Shown in pieces: positions 37,439 to 49,154 of a DNA stretch of 64,000 nucleotides. Under the pieces are notes generated by a model, which was given only the letters and a program-made list of their open reading frames with translations, did not search any database and was not told the origin of the DNA. The DNA is taken from assembly GCA_964016885.1 (NCBI GenBank), contig OZ024743.1, positions 10,416,001 through 10,480,000 on the forward strand. The letters run 5' to 3'. A program made the translations under genes and the position numbers. Numbering within the stretch: position 1 is the first letter of the stretch; every line of letters begins with the position of its first letter. Origin of the DNA: Eledone cirrhosa (lineage: Eukaryota).

Positions 37439-38621
37439 TCATCCCTCTGCATTTTCTGTTTTTTCACCAACTAAATCCTCATATAACACATCATCTTCAG
37501 TCTCGTCCATCGCATTTGATATGCCACATTTTTTGAAAGCCTTCATTATTAGCTCTTCAGATATACTTTCCCAAGCCTCCTTCACCCACTCCACCACTAA
37601 TCTCAAGCCAGGTCTTTTCAATGACCCATCTTTGGTAATTTCTTTTTCACCTGATATCATCCAAAAAGTCCAGAGTTTACGGATATAAGTCTTGAAGGGC
37701 TTATTTACTGCCACATCAAGAGGTTGTAAGACTGAGGTGCAACCACCAGGAATCACTGCTTGTCTTGTTTTACAATCCTTCAGCTTAGCCTTTACAGACT
37801 CACAGCAGTAAGATCGAAACATATCTCCCAAACTAGCAAACTTCGTGGCTTTAGTAATGCCCCTGGCCTTTTCATCCACACTTCATCAAGCCATAACTTT
37901 GTTAAGTTCTCGTCCATCCAGCCCTTCGGATGTACCTTCACAATCACATCGCTTGGAAAATTCTCTTTCGGCATAATTTTCCTTTTGAAAATAACCATAG
38001 GGCGAAGTTTTTTCCATCAGCCTGGCATGCTAGAACAACAGTAAAATGTTGTTTTTCATGACCTGTGGTTTTGACTGTAACAGTTTTGTTACCTACACTA
38101 TCCACAGTTGTTACCTGGCATGTAAAAGTACATGGGTGTTTCATCCATGTTGGCTATATTCTCCATGGCAAAATCAAACATTTTTCTTTCCTTTAACACA
38201 AATTTTACAAAATTGTGTACTTTGTCATCAATATCTTTTGGCAGCTTTTGTGCAATATGTGTCTTTTGGCGAAGAGTCAGTCCAAACCTGGTGCACCACC
38301 CTGCTGACGATTTAAATTGGAATAAGTGGTACTTTGGTGCAAGTTGAAGGGCTTTCGTTCTTATAGAAAGTCTTGTAACAATGTGTGCATTTTCCCTGAT
38401 ATCTAAAACCCTATCATTTAGCTCTTTTTCAAGATCTTGATACTCCAAACCTTACTGCTCTCTTTGATTTAGGCATTTCTCCCAGCTTGTCTTTTTGTTT
38501 CCTCCAACCTCTCGCTACCTTTTCTGACACTTCAAACTCCCTTTCTACTGATCTATTTCCAAATTTTTCTGCATAACCAACCACCTTTAATTTGAAAACT
38601 GTTTCTCTTACCGGAATTCAT
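37439..38621 (-). pseudogene. pogo/POGK-like DDE transposase, multiply frameshifted
   Basis: N-terminal HTH FKLKVVGYAEKFGNRSVEREFEVSEK..WRKQK; CENP-B-like FKSSAGW; IANMDETP; GHEKQHFTVVLAC; KGWMDE; IPGGCTSVLQPLDVAVNKPFK; FKKCGISN. Confidence 0.92.
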
Positions 38622-39378
38622 ATTTCTCAGTGAATTATAAAAAAAATTTCAACTACCAACTTTTCTCACTTGCTAATTTTGAAAAGAAACGCCACGTGCA
38701 ATAATCTGTTTCCTGTTAAAGTAAATACGTCACAATACGTGTTCATAGCAACGCTAAGACAATGAAATCACATTTTAAATACCGGGTATGCATTTCTATG
38801 GATTTTAATGACAGATTGTTCAGAAAAAAACGTAAACACTACGAAGTTTTAGTAAAGAATTTAAAATCAAGAAATATATTTATAAGAAGGTAGATATATG
38901 AAATTATTATGTTAAATAATAAAAAATATTAACAAAGTTATTTTTATAAATACTCATCGTTGATTAAGTCTATGAAAAATCATTGGTCAGTCTGATGTCG
39001 ATCGGATAGGTCGCACCCCAAAAATTTATACTTGTTTATCGTTAAAAAAGTGCGACCTATACGCGAGTATATACGGTAGTCATAGAAAATCTGCCAAACA
39101 AAGGGTCATGAGAATTTTTCAGCTGTGTGAATGACATGACAACCTCTCTTGTATGGATGGATGCCATGATAAAATGCACACGGTAGAGGGCTGGGATGTA
39201 TGTTAGTGAGTTGCCGGTGGCTGGATGGTCTCAGCACTTGGTCAAGGATGGGAACATATGTAAATGAAATACAGACCTATAGCTCAAGTGCAGAATCAGT
39301 AGCTAAACTTGAGTACTGAGTTAGTCTGTTCATGACCCACTTAACACATGCCAGCAAGGAAAGTGGATGTTAAATAAT

Positions 39379-39446
39379 TGTTTCTACTTTAGGCACAAGG
39401 CCAGCAATAACCCAGTGCATTACTGGTACTTTATTTTATCGACCCC
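39379..39446 (-). mobile_element. Severely 5'-truncated Nin/Deu SINE with 14-bp TSD
   Basis: GGATGTTAAATAAT at 39365-39378 and 39447-39460 flanks the 3' 68 bp of the SINE. Confidence 0.85.
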
Positions 39447-40854
39447 GGATGTTAAATAATGATGATGCAGATGCATACACATGTCTACATATTCACACAT
39501 TTTATCAGAAATATATGACACATATTTTTACCCTACGGCACCATTTCGTCATATTTTCTCGTTCACACCTATATGGGTAACATTCTAACCTTCTGGTGTT
39601 AGAAGAGGTAATATATAATAATATATAGATGTTAGTTTAATTGACTTCACCCTCTCATTGTTCGAGAAAAGGCTCTGAGACTAGTAAAAAGAAATCAATA
39701 TGATTATTTTTCTTCAGTGTTATATGCCTGTTGCTAAGTATGAAACCAATCAGTGTACACAGACACTATTTCTCAGCTTATGTTAATTCCACATATTTCA
39801 AACATATCTAATGACCTCTCTTCTACTTTGTTTATATTTCTGTTTAGTTTGCTTATCAATATGGCCTCAGCCTGTCAGCTGGAATATGTAAAAGAGTAAA
39901 GATCTATGATATTTGTGATATATGTTCACCTAGTTCTCTTACATTTTGTATGTATGTAGAAATACTATGATGTCAACAAAAGTTGAAATACTTTAAACCT
40001 TTTGCTGTCACAACAATTTCTATTTAACTGTCACATCACTGTCTTCTTCAATAACACTGATTACATTGCTTAAGTAAAAAAAAATATTCTTTACTACTTC
40101 AAGTAATCAGCTTATGTGCCTCAGGAAACATACAGGCTCTATGCACTAGCATATGTGCATAATAGCATACATAGTATTTCCATGTAGAAATCCTCAATAT
40201 TTTCTGGTTTATCAAATATTTTGTTCAATCTAAGGTAAAAAAGAATTAGAATTCAATTTTACTTCTGTTCAACAAATAGATAATAGCATTACACTGATCT
40301 CAGAATTGGATTTTTTCTCTATCAAAATATAACTTCCGCTGTCTAGATGCAAGGTCAGTTCTGTTAGTACGATAGTTATCAATTATTGAACTGACTACAG
40401 TATAATGCTGGTACTAACTGAATAAGCCTGGAACAACAAAGTTAATACCTGCTGAAATATGAGGAATGAAACTAAATACCATTAAGCAACTATTCCTGCT
40501 CTCTGCTCTTTCTGCCAATACATACCTTTCTCTTGAGAGTTTAAGTTCCAAAGGGTTAAACAGAATAAATAATCATATTAGCAGATCAAATATTCCTTCC
40601 ATAGCTTAGTTTGCCTTTCAAACTGAAACATTTCATGTATTTTAAGATAGTAGAAGAGTTTATTGTGGAAAACATCAGCTGAAATAATCAAATATCAGAT
40701 TAAATTTTCCATTTTACTCATATATTACTCTTAGAGTAAACAAGGGTATTGTCTGCTCTAATATTGATAGAATACAGCTTGGCTCAGTGCAGAGGAACAG
40801 TTTTGTAGATTCAGTTCAAAATGTTTAAGACATAACTGATTTGCTAAAATCCTC

Positions 40855-41130
40855 AGGTGACTATGCATGACATAGTAGTAAGGCTGTTTGTCTTATGGTC
40901 ATAAGGTCATGAGTTCAATTACTGGTGGCACATTGTCCTTGAGCATGACACTTCATTTCATATTGCTCCTGTGCATTCAACTGGCAAGAAAGAATTGTAC
41001 TTGTAATTCAAAAGCCAGTCTTGACACACACTATGTCATGCTGAATCTCCCTGAAACTATATTAAGGTTGTACATGGAATGTTCAGTCAGTTTCACATTA
41101 ATTTCATGAGCAGGCTGTTGCCTTGTTTGA
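40855..41130 (+). mobile_element. Old tRNA-derived (Meta-like) SINE
   Basis: GAGTTCAATT B box then GTCCTTGAGCATGACACTTCATTTCATATTGCTCC, homologous to 15233-15375. Confidence 0.6.
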
Positions 41131-44100
41131 ACAGCACACAAAATCCTCATATGTTATTGCTTAATGATGATAATGAACTGTATAAACAACTGAGAGAAAA
41201 GCTAGCAACATTACATAAGTGTAGCTAAATTTAAAGCCTAATGACTGATCATTAATTTAAAACTTGAATGGCTTTTTGAAACTCCTAATACTTCATGTCC
41301 TATTCATCCATTATGACATTCCTACCAGGAAATCAATTCTGGGATTTCCAGTATGGTTATTGAAATACCAAACTAAGAGTCTAAGATCAAGTTATCCCTG
41401 CTACTTACCTTTTGAGTAGTTCTCCTTATGGCTTCATAACATTTTCATATCCTTCAATACTGTAGACCATTTACAGACATTACAGTTTCTTTCTTTTGCC
41501 TGACAAAGACTTGATGATTATACTACTTACTCTAACTACATTAATTAAGGTAGACGTAGATTGATCAGCAATACTTACAATTCTGGTAATATTATCTTAC
41601 CAAAATAACATTTTCATTTATTGTTTTGTCTCATCAATGCACTTCCATTCAAGACATACTTTAAAAAAAAGAACCTGTACATGGTCACTTCACCTACAAG
41701 AAATAGCAGACAAATCCCCTTAAATCACAACCCCTGTGTCTTAAAAATGGAGGATGTACTATGTCTGAAAACATAACTAATCATTGATGTCTAAAATCCC
41801 TTTAATCATAGGTTTGCTTGATCAAGGCAGAACTGGTGTGAAACAGCAACAACAATACATCAACATAGCTTACATTTTGATATATATTAATTTTACAAAC
41901 AGGATAACATAAAAATACGAAAAATAAAGAAAAATAAAAGTAAATAAAAAAGATGGGGGGATAAATGGGGTGGGTAGGGAGTTAGCAAACACACTTGGCT
42001 TGGTGATATACATTAACAGCAGCCCGCAAGTCAGTCAAATTCTGGTATTTAGTTACTTTCCACTCCTCTGAATTATGGACAGTTGTGCTTGGGTTTGTGA
42101 CTGGAGTGATAAAGTTGTCTCAAGAAAATGTTTTGCAATATATGGTGCTCCAAACAAGTGGTTTACTCCACTGAAATGGGAAAAAGGTTATCCTGTTTTA
42201 ATGCTTACTGTCATCATGTTCGAAGCCATGAGGAACTGGCCATCATAAGACCCCTTGTGATGACATCATTCAAGGAACATACTGATGTAACTGACCTGTA
42301 CTGTAATAGCAACAGAGCAGATGTAGTCCAAACTCATTGACAATGGCTCCACTATTGTACTTGTTTAGCTCACACATCGATGTAGATGCACTCATTATCC
42401 AGAAGGATACTGGTTGATAAAGAAATATTAAATTGAGCCATGCTTCACAAACAAGGTTGTGACTGTGTGGCATACTGGAGGCAAGTGACACAGAGTTGAT
42501 CCTCATGAAGGTTGAACTGCATTTGATGTCATCTCAGTTGAATTGATAACCTACATCCTGCTGTAATGTAATTAAAAAAGGCAAAGAAACTAATAATAAA
42601 ATTCCATGGTGGAGAATAAAGGGTGCATATACAACTTTATCTCTAATTTGTCAAGCTAATGAGGAAGCTTCTACATTAATTCTCAATCTGCTATATATAG
42701 TAGCCAAATCTCTCTCAAATAACACCTTTCCATCTTAAAAAAGAACACGTGGGATAATGAAGACTTAGATATATTATGCTTGAATAAAAGATGGAATATT
42801 CATATCTGTAATGCCTGTGACCATAGGCCTTCTTGATCAGGGTTAACCTGGGGATAATCAACAACAAAGAAACTCCATCATGGTCAGCATTAGCCTGAAT
42901 TCTACTACTATTGTCAATTGTCTTGCATAATGTTTTGGTGTTGATTTTTTTTGATTGGATGCTCTCCCTCTAACCAATTATATGACTGACTAAAAAAATG
43001 TACTCAGCAACAGAATGGTTGTTTGCTCATCTAGTTAAAGGACATACAATTATTGCCTATATTTATTAATAAATATATTTCAGTCATAATAAATCCGCTA
43101 TCAAATTAATTGGTATTTACATTTATTCACACAATATTGTGAATATTTAAGCTTTTAAAATCATTTGGAATTATAAAGATTGTTCAGAATTTTGACAAGC
43201 AGAGATATTACACTCACACATACACATGTGTATGTAAAATGAATGTGTAACTTATGTACCACTTTGAGTTATACACAAGTATGTCAGTGTATCTCTGTCT
43301 GCCTCTCTTTATATATATATATTATATAAAGGTAAGGTAAACGTATGACCATGGTATGACCATGGTAATGACCATGGTATTTGCATCTAGAAAGTTTACC
43401 TCTAAGGCATAAGCCTAAGTAAGGTTGTTTGTGGAAGACCAGCAGTCACCCATGCATACTGTACTTCTAGAGAATGAGTCACAAGTGGCGGATAGTGATT
43501 TGGCCAGTAGATATGATAGTTAGTTGCGATATAAGCAGGCACCTGCCGGATGAATAAGCAGCCTCAGACCAACAGCAGTAAACTACTAGGGGAGATGGAG
43601 CAATAGGTGATACCTTAGCACCCAAGAAAACTCTCACAACCCAGTGATGTAGTTATGATGAGTAAAGTCCATCTATAAAAAAGCCTAGTCTTTGCTGGTT
43701 TGAGAAAGTACTAGATTGGTGACTGGCACAAATATGATCACCAAAACTGTAGTATGATAATAAGTAAAAAAGGTATTATATATATATATATATATATATA
43801 TGTTTGTCTGTGTGTGTGAATATATATATATTATAATAAATGATCTGACCTTGATTAAAAAATGAAAAGGAATTTTAAAGAAACATTAGAATGAAATAAA
43901 ATAATGTTTATCTCCTGTCAAAAGATAAAGAAAAATCGTAAGTGTATAATTATGTGAGAAAAAAAAAGAATCAACCAAATTTGTAGAAATAAGAAGAAAG
44001 TGTCAATGTTATACAAAAGATCTGAATCAAACAAATAGCTCCAGTGGAATAGCTTATCAAGACTTGGCAACTGATGTAGATCACTTTGAAAGTATAAAAA

Positions 44101-44548
44101 TGATAAGGGAAAAATCTACAAGAATGTATGATTGGAAAGAAGGGATAAAGGTGAAATTATTGATATTTCATTTAGCTGCAGCCAATAAGGAAATCCAAAA
44201 TGGAATACAATTTACAAGAAAAAATTCAAGTGAAAAAATAGAGAAAAAAACAGTTACCTACTTTGGGGAAATTGAAAGAAATCTACTCCAAGTGAGAAGA
44301 CAAGAAGAAAAGAAAAATATACATAATTTAAGGATAAAGTGATGTCAAGTCACTGAAAGTAAAAGTAAGCCTGAAATGATTAAAATATACATATATAGAT
44401 ATATGCATACATATAAACAAATATATATATAAATATAGCGAATAAAGATATGCATGTATATATGTCAAAGACAAAATGCACATATTCACACACACATGTA
44501 TTCATACATAAACACATAAAACAGTAGCTATGAAAACAATGGTGATGA

Positions 44549-44850
44549 TATCATCATCATCATCATCATTTTACGTCCGCTTTTCTTTGCTTGCAAGGAT
44601 GGGACAGGTCCTTTCCAGCTCAGCACCTCTCCATTTGTCATGGTCCTTTGTCATCTCCTCTGTGAGCTTCAGTGATCTGAGGTCAGCTCTCACCACCTCT
44701 GCTCATGATTTTCGTGATCTTCCTCTACTGTGTCTTCCTTCCACTGGGATTTCTTGGCATTTCTTTACCCAGCGGTCATCCTCCATGTGCATCACATGTC
44801 AATACCAACGCAGTCTTCTCTCCTGCATACTACAGTTTATCCCTCTATCT
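44549..44850 (-). mobile_element. RTE family C-like 3' fragment
   Basis: Homologous to 60960-61235, with a (CAT)n tail and RRLRWY*HV on the minus strand. Confidence 0.8.
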
Positions 44851-45961
44851 CTTTATATATATATGTGAAGGGAAAAATTCTGTGCAATTGTTTGGTAACA
44901 GTTGAGGGGTTCTCGCACATGGCTACCCTGGCCAATCCACTACCATGTGCAGCACTAACATGTTAGCCATGTATATGCAATTAGTGTTAATCTTATTTGT
45001 TGCATTTTCCATAATTTTGGCAGGTTTTTTTCTGGTTCAATGCACTTCCTATCACCAACCACTTTACAGTGTGGACTGGGTGATATTATTTGTGCCACCA
45101 AGACTAAAGAGGTTGTCTTACTGGATGCAAGAGTCCTTTCCACTCTATATCAGTTTTTATTTAAAATGTCTACTCTCCTAGATGCAAGCTTTCTTTGGTG
45201 AGTGAATCTTCATTTCATGATCGTGAAAGGTTGTACCTCACAGGATGACTTCTATTCCAAGCACAAACCATATGACAGATCCGTGCACCCAGCTACAATC
45301 CCCAACTCCATCTTCTGCCACACAATTGTAAAGTTCTTTGTGGTAAAATGCATGTAGAACCTGTTGTAATAGTTTGACATGAGATACTTTACCTCTAGGG
45401 GGATCCAGAAGAGTTCCATAGCAACCTCAAGCATTTCCAGGTCGAGCCACATGACTGTCAGGTCTTAGCTGTCTGTATGGTATCTCAGATCATGTTCACA
45501 TGTTCTATACATCCAGAGTATATATATATATACAGTGAAATTCCGTTATAATGAAATTCACAGAATCTAAAATAAATTTGTTGTAACGAAAAATTCTTTA
45601 TTATGAGATTGACCTAACACATCGAGCATGTGACTGGGGGTTGAAAAACATTTTGTTATACTGAAAAATTATATGATATATATATATATAAATATATTGC
45701 TTTAGAATTTTTTTTTTTTCAACTGTCATGCTGTTTGTAGTGTGTGTATGAGTGGAAAAGGTCGATAGATATGCTGCTGTGACTTATCCACAATTATGAC
45801 TCTTCCCTTCTCTCTATACACTTCTTTCTGTCTTTCCTTTTTTCCACATAGCTACATTCAACAGGAGTTAAATATTGTATGGGTGTAAATGTATAAGTAT
45901 GTAGCTGTGTTTGTATGTATGCATATGTGAATAAATATAAGTACAAATAAATATATATATA

Positions 45962-46225
45962 TCATGATCATCAACATCACCATCCTTTAATGTCCATTTT
46001 CCATGCTAGCATGGGTTAGACGGGTTGTCCCATTAGAAGCAAGTTGGGTCAGGGTGATGTGGACAGATGTGGAATGGTGATGTAGAGCATGGGGTGTATA
46101 TGGAAGGGGTTATAGTGGAATAAGTGGTTAAGAGGTGCCTATTGGATGTATGTTTTGGTCTGTGTGCAACAGAAGGTAGGTCTTCTGTCTTACTGCATAA
46201 CGCCAAAGATCTCAATCCTGTATCA
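45962..46225 (-). mobile_element. Old RTE 3' fragment
   Basis: CAT-rich tail, CCATGCTAGCATGG hairpin, and the DLWRYAV end of the ORF. Confidence 0.7.
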
Positions 46226-47999
46226 TAATAGAATGTTGTAGTTTGCTTGAATCATTGTATATAATATATAATGTGGAAAGTGATATGTAAGTAGGCTAAA
46301 CGAAAGCAAAATGTATGGTAAGATGAAAGTAACAAAAAAGTTAGTTACCTGGTAATCTTTGAGATTTTTTCATCCTAATATTTCAGGACTTAAAAATTCC
46401 CTTTGTCAGAGTATAGGGAACTCTCAGAGAAAAACGTTTTGGTTTATTCACTTTGAAATTGGATTTGAATTTAAAATTTATAAACTGCTTTCAAGCGTTA
46501 TTTGATATCTGCTGTAGTATTCATGAGAAGCAGGAGGATGACATCAATTGCCATATGTATTGTTTCATGGAATTAAATCAGTGTGTGTGTCCTTTCATGC
46601 TAAGTATGGTGTGCTGAGTTCCATTCTATTATTGGTTTGTGGATTAAGTATATGTACTTGAGAGACCTACTGGATTATAAATGCTTATCCAGGGAGCTTG
46701 TATATAAAGTCAATATACATGGAAAAATTTACATTAGACTGACTGAAAATATATTTAAATCCTGCTTCTCTCAACACCTGTATATGTTTAATAACAGGCA
46801 ACTGTAGATTTCAACATCTATGTCAAAAAATATTTGGCAATTGAAAGAGAGCAGGATTACAAGCTCTACCATCAATTTGAGTATTGTGGCAACAGCCTAT
46901 AATGGACAAGGCACAATATACCACCTATGTACCTCTGAAAAGCTAAATATTCTAGCCTCCTCACCCAATATCTCAAACACTCAGAGGAAATACTGTCCTC
47001 TTGCTTACATACAAGAAAGTTCGGCTTATGTCATTTCAAACATATTTATCCCTGGACAACATCAACCCACATACTGAATAACCCACTGTATTATGATTAC
47101 CTACCACATAACAATGTGTACCAGATTCTGCAAATGTTGGAAGACCCTCCCTCACCCCATTTAGACTCTATATTTTGGCAACTGCTGCCACCTACTAAAC
47201 CCCACTTACTCACTCACCCATCAGAGTTTCTGCTATTACCATTATCATATATTTCACCAACCTTAGATGTTACAATACAACTCTATACTTCATAATTCCT
47301 TATTCTTTATGATCTTATATTTTCACAATCTTCATTGTAATTAATTCTTTATATTTTTTCTATTCTCCATATTATATTTTAAATTACATCACTTCATATT
47401 CTCTACTTTCTCCCTTGACACTGCTGCTGTCACCACTTCTGACCCCACCCTAGTTACCATATACTCGCCCATTATAGTTCTTTATCTACTTATAATATAT
47501 GTATGTTCTTCTGGTTTTATGATTTTATAAAATTTTGCCAATAGAGAGAGAGGCAGTTTCTAACATAGATACAAGACTCTTTCATTGGAATTTAGATAAC
47601 ATAAACTAGGTAAATATGTATGCCTGTCTGCATGCATGCATAAGTGTGTAGGTATGGATGTGTTGATGTGTATGTTTTGAGTTATATGTGTGCATGTGTA
47701 TATGCTTTGTTTCTGCATGTGTACATGCAGAATTTTTGGAATGTTTTAAATATTTTTAATGTTCCATTAATGGATTGTACTTGTAATTTCCTAACTAGTC
47801 ATGTTCTTTCTAGTTCTGTGATGCCTAGGTTCTCGGGATTTGTACTGAGTCAGTTACTAACATATCCCAGTGTTCCAATAATCACAGGTATAAATCTGAA
47901 GGTATAGTCAGGGTGGAGTATCTGCAGATTCCTCATTAGTTTTGCATATATATTCTCCTTTTTGCTAATTTTTATTATTATATTGGCATCTGCTGGGCA

Positions 48000-48415
48000 G
48001 TATGTATATATGTATGCATGTATGTATTCATATTTGTATATATATATGTATTTATATGTATGGATGTATTTGTATTTGTATATTTATATTGGCATTTATA
48101 TGTATTTATATGTATGGATGTATTTGTATAAAAGTGCAGGTATATTTGTATGTGTTTATGTGTATATTTCTGTATATGTATTCATGTTTGTATTTGTATG
48201 TGTATTTATTTGTATGTGTATTTATATGTATATTTATGTGTATATATATATTTATTCTGTAGGCATTTGTGTATGTGTATTTATTATGTGTATGTATCTA
48301 TGTATATTTATATGTATGTATATGTATATTTATGTGTACATATATATTTATATATATGTTTATATGTATATATCTATATTTATTTGTATGTGTATGTTTA
48401 TCTGCACAAATGAAT

Positions 48416-48452
<37 letters not shown>
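48000..48452. repeat. Degenerate (TGTA/TA)n low-complexity tract
   Basis: Direct reading. Confidence 0.85.
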
Positions 48453-48455
<3 letters not shown>

Positions 48456-48673
48456 GGATTAACAAATAATAGTTAAATGCAGTCCACTTAGGTGAAGTCC
48501 AGTTATGGTATTCCAGGTAGTGGATAATATTAACGCTTGGCTTGGTTTGACTCAACAAGGCGTTTTCATAGTGATGCTGCGGGTATGCTGTAATTCCTAT
48601 GTTGTAAACACTTGGAGTAATAATAAATCAGGAAAGAAGGTTTACATGGTTTGCTATACAAAAAAGTTTTTAT

Positions 48674-48792
48674 TCACATAGCTTACATTTGTTTCACTGA
48701 ACTGGTCTGTCTAGAGATCGCTATCCGCCTAATTTTGCGTCATTCGATCGCCAATACAGAATTATAACCAGTCAGATCTTCGGAGCATGTGA
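48674..48792 (-). ncRNA. Type I hammerhead ribozyme (Penelope pLTR), second copy
   Basis: Reverse-complement copy of 56238-56356. Stem I UCACAU-GCU / AGC-U-AUGUGA is fully Watson-Crick here. Confidence 0.72.
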
Positions 48793-49154
48793 GAGTGAAG
48801 AAAATACACAGGCAAGAAAAGAAAAGAAAATATGGAGTAGTTATGGCATTCAATTAGAACAATAACAACAACAATTATTACAACAATGCTATCAATAAAC
48901 TATTTAAGGAGACCCTGACATTACTTAGGTGGGGGGTATATAATGTATCTAATGTTACGGCGTGAAAATCAGCTGTCATAAGGCAAAAAGTATTGTAGTG
49001 TGTATTAATTTTAAATTATAAAGATAAGCTAGTTTTTACATTCTTTCTCTTCATCTTCAACAGTATACATGAGTGGGACCACTGTCAAAGCTCAATAGTT
49101 GTAGAGTTAATACAGAGGTTAACGAATTAATATACGCATATACACTAAATCCCT

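Larger units (their letters stand above)
32329..39076 (-). mobile_element. pogo-superfamily (Tc2/POGK-like) DNA transposon, both ends intact
   Basis: Perfect 25-bp TIRs CCGTATATACTCGCGTATAGGTCGC (32329-32353 and 39052-39076), flanked by TA (32327-28 and 39077-78). Subterminal ATAGGTCGC repeats and a transposase remnant are inside. Confidence 0.93.

Noticed and set aside
39990-40560. piggyBac-like MITE (TTAA-ACCTTT...AAAGGG-TTAA), and similar TTAACC ends at 20424 and 20753
   Set aside because: The terminal match is only a few bases and cannot be supported by eye.
43330-43720. Probable old LINE 5' region with a short ATGACCATGGT triplication (similar material at 45180-45470)
   Set aside because: It looks repeat-derived but has no diagnostic motif to assign family or boundaries.
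45532-45670. TA-CAGTG Tigger-like terminus
   Set aside because: No matching second TIR was found.
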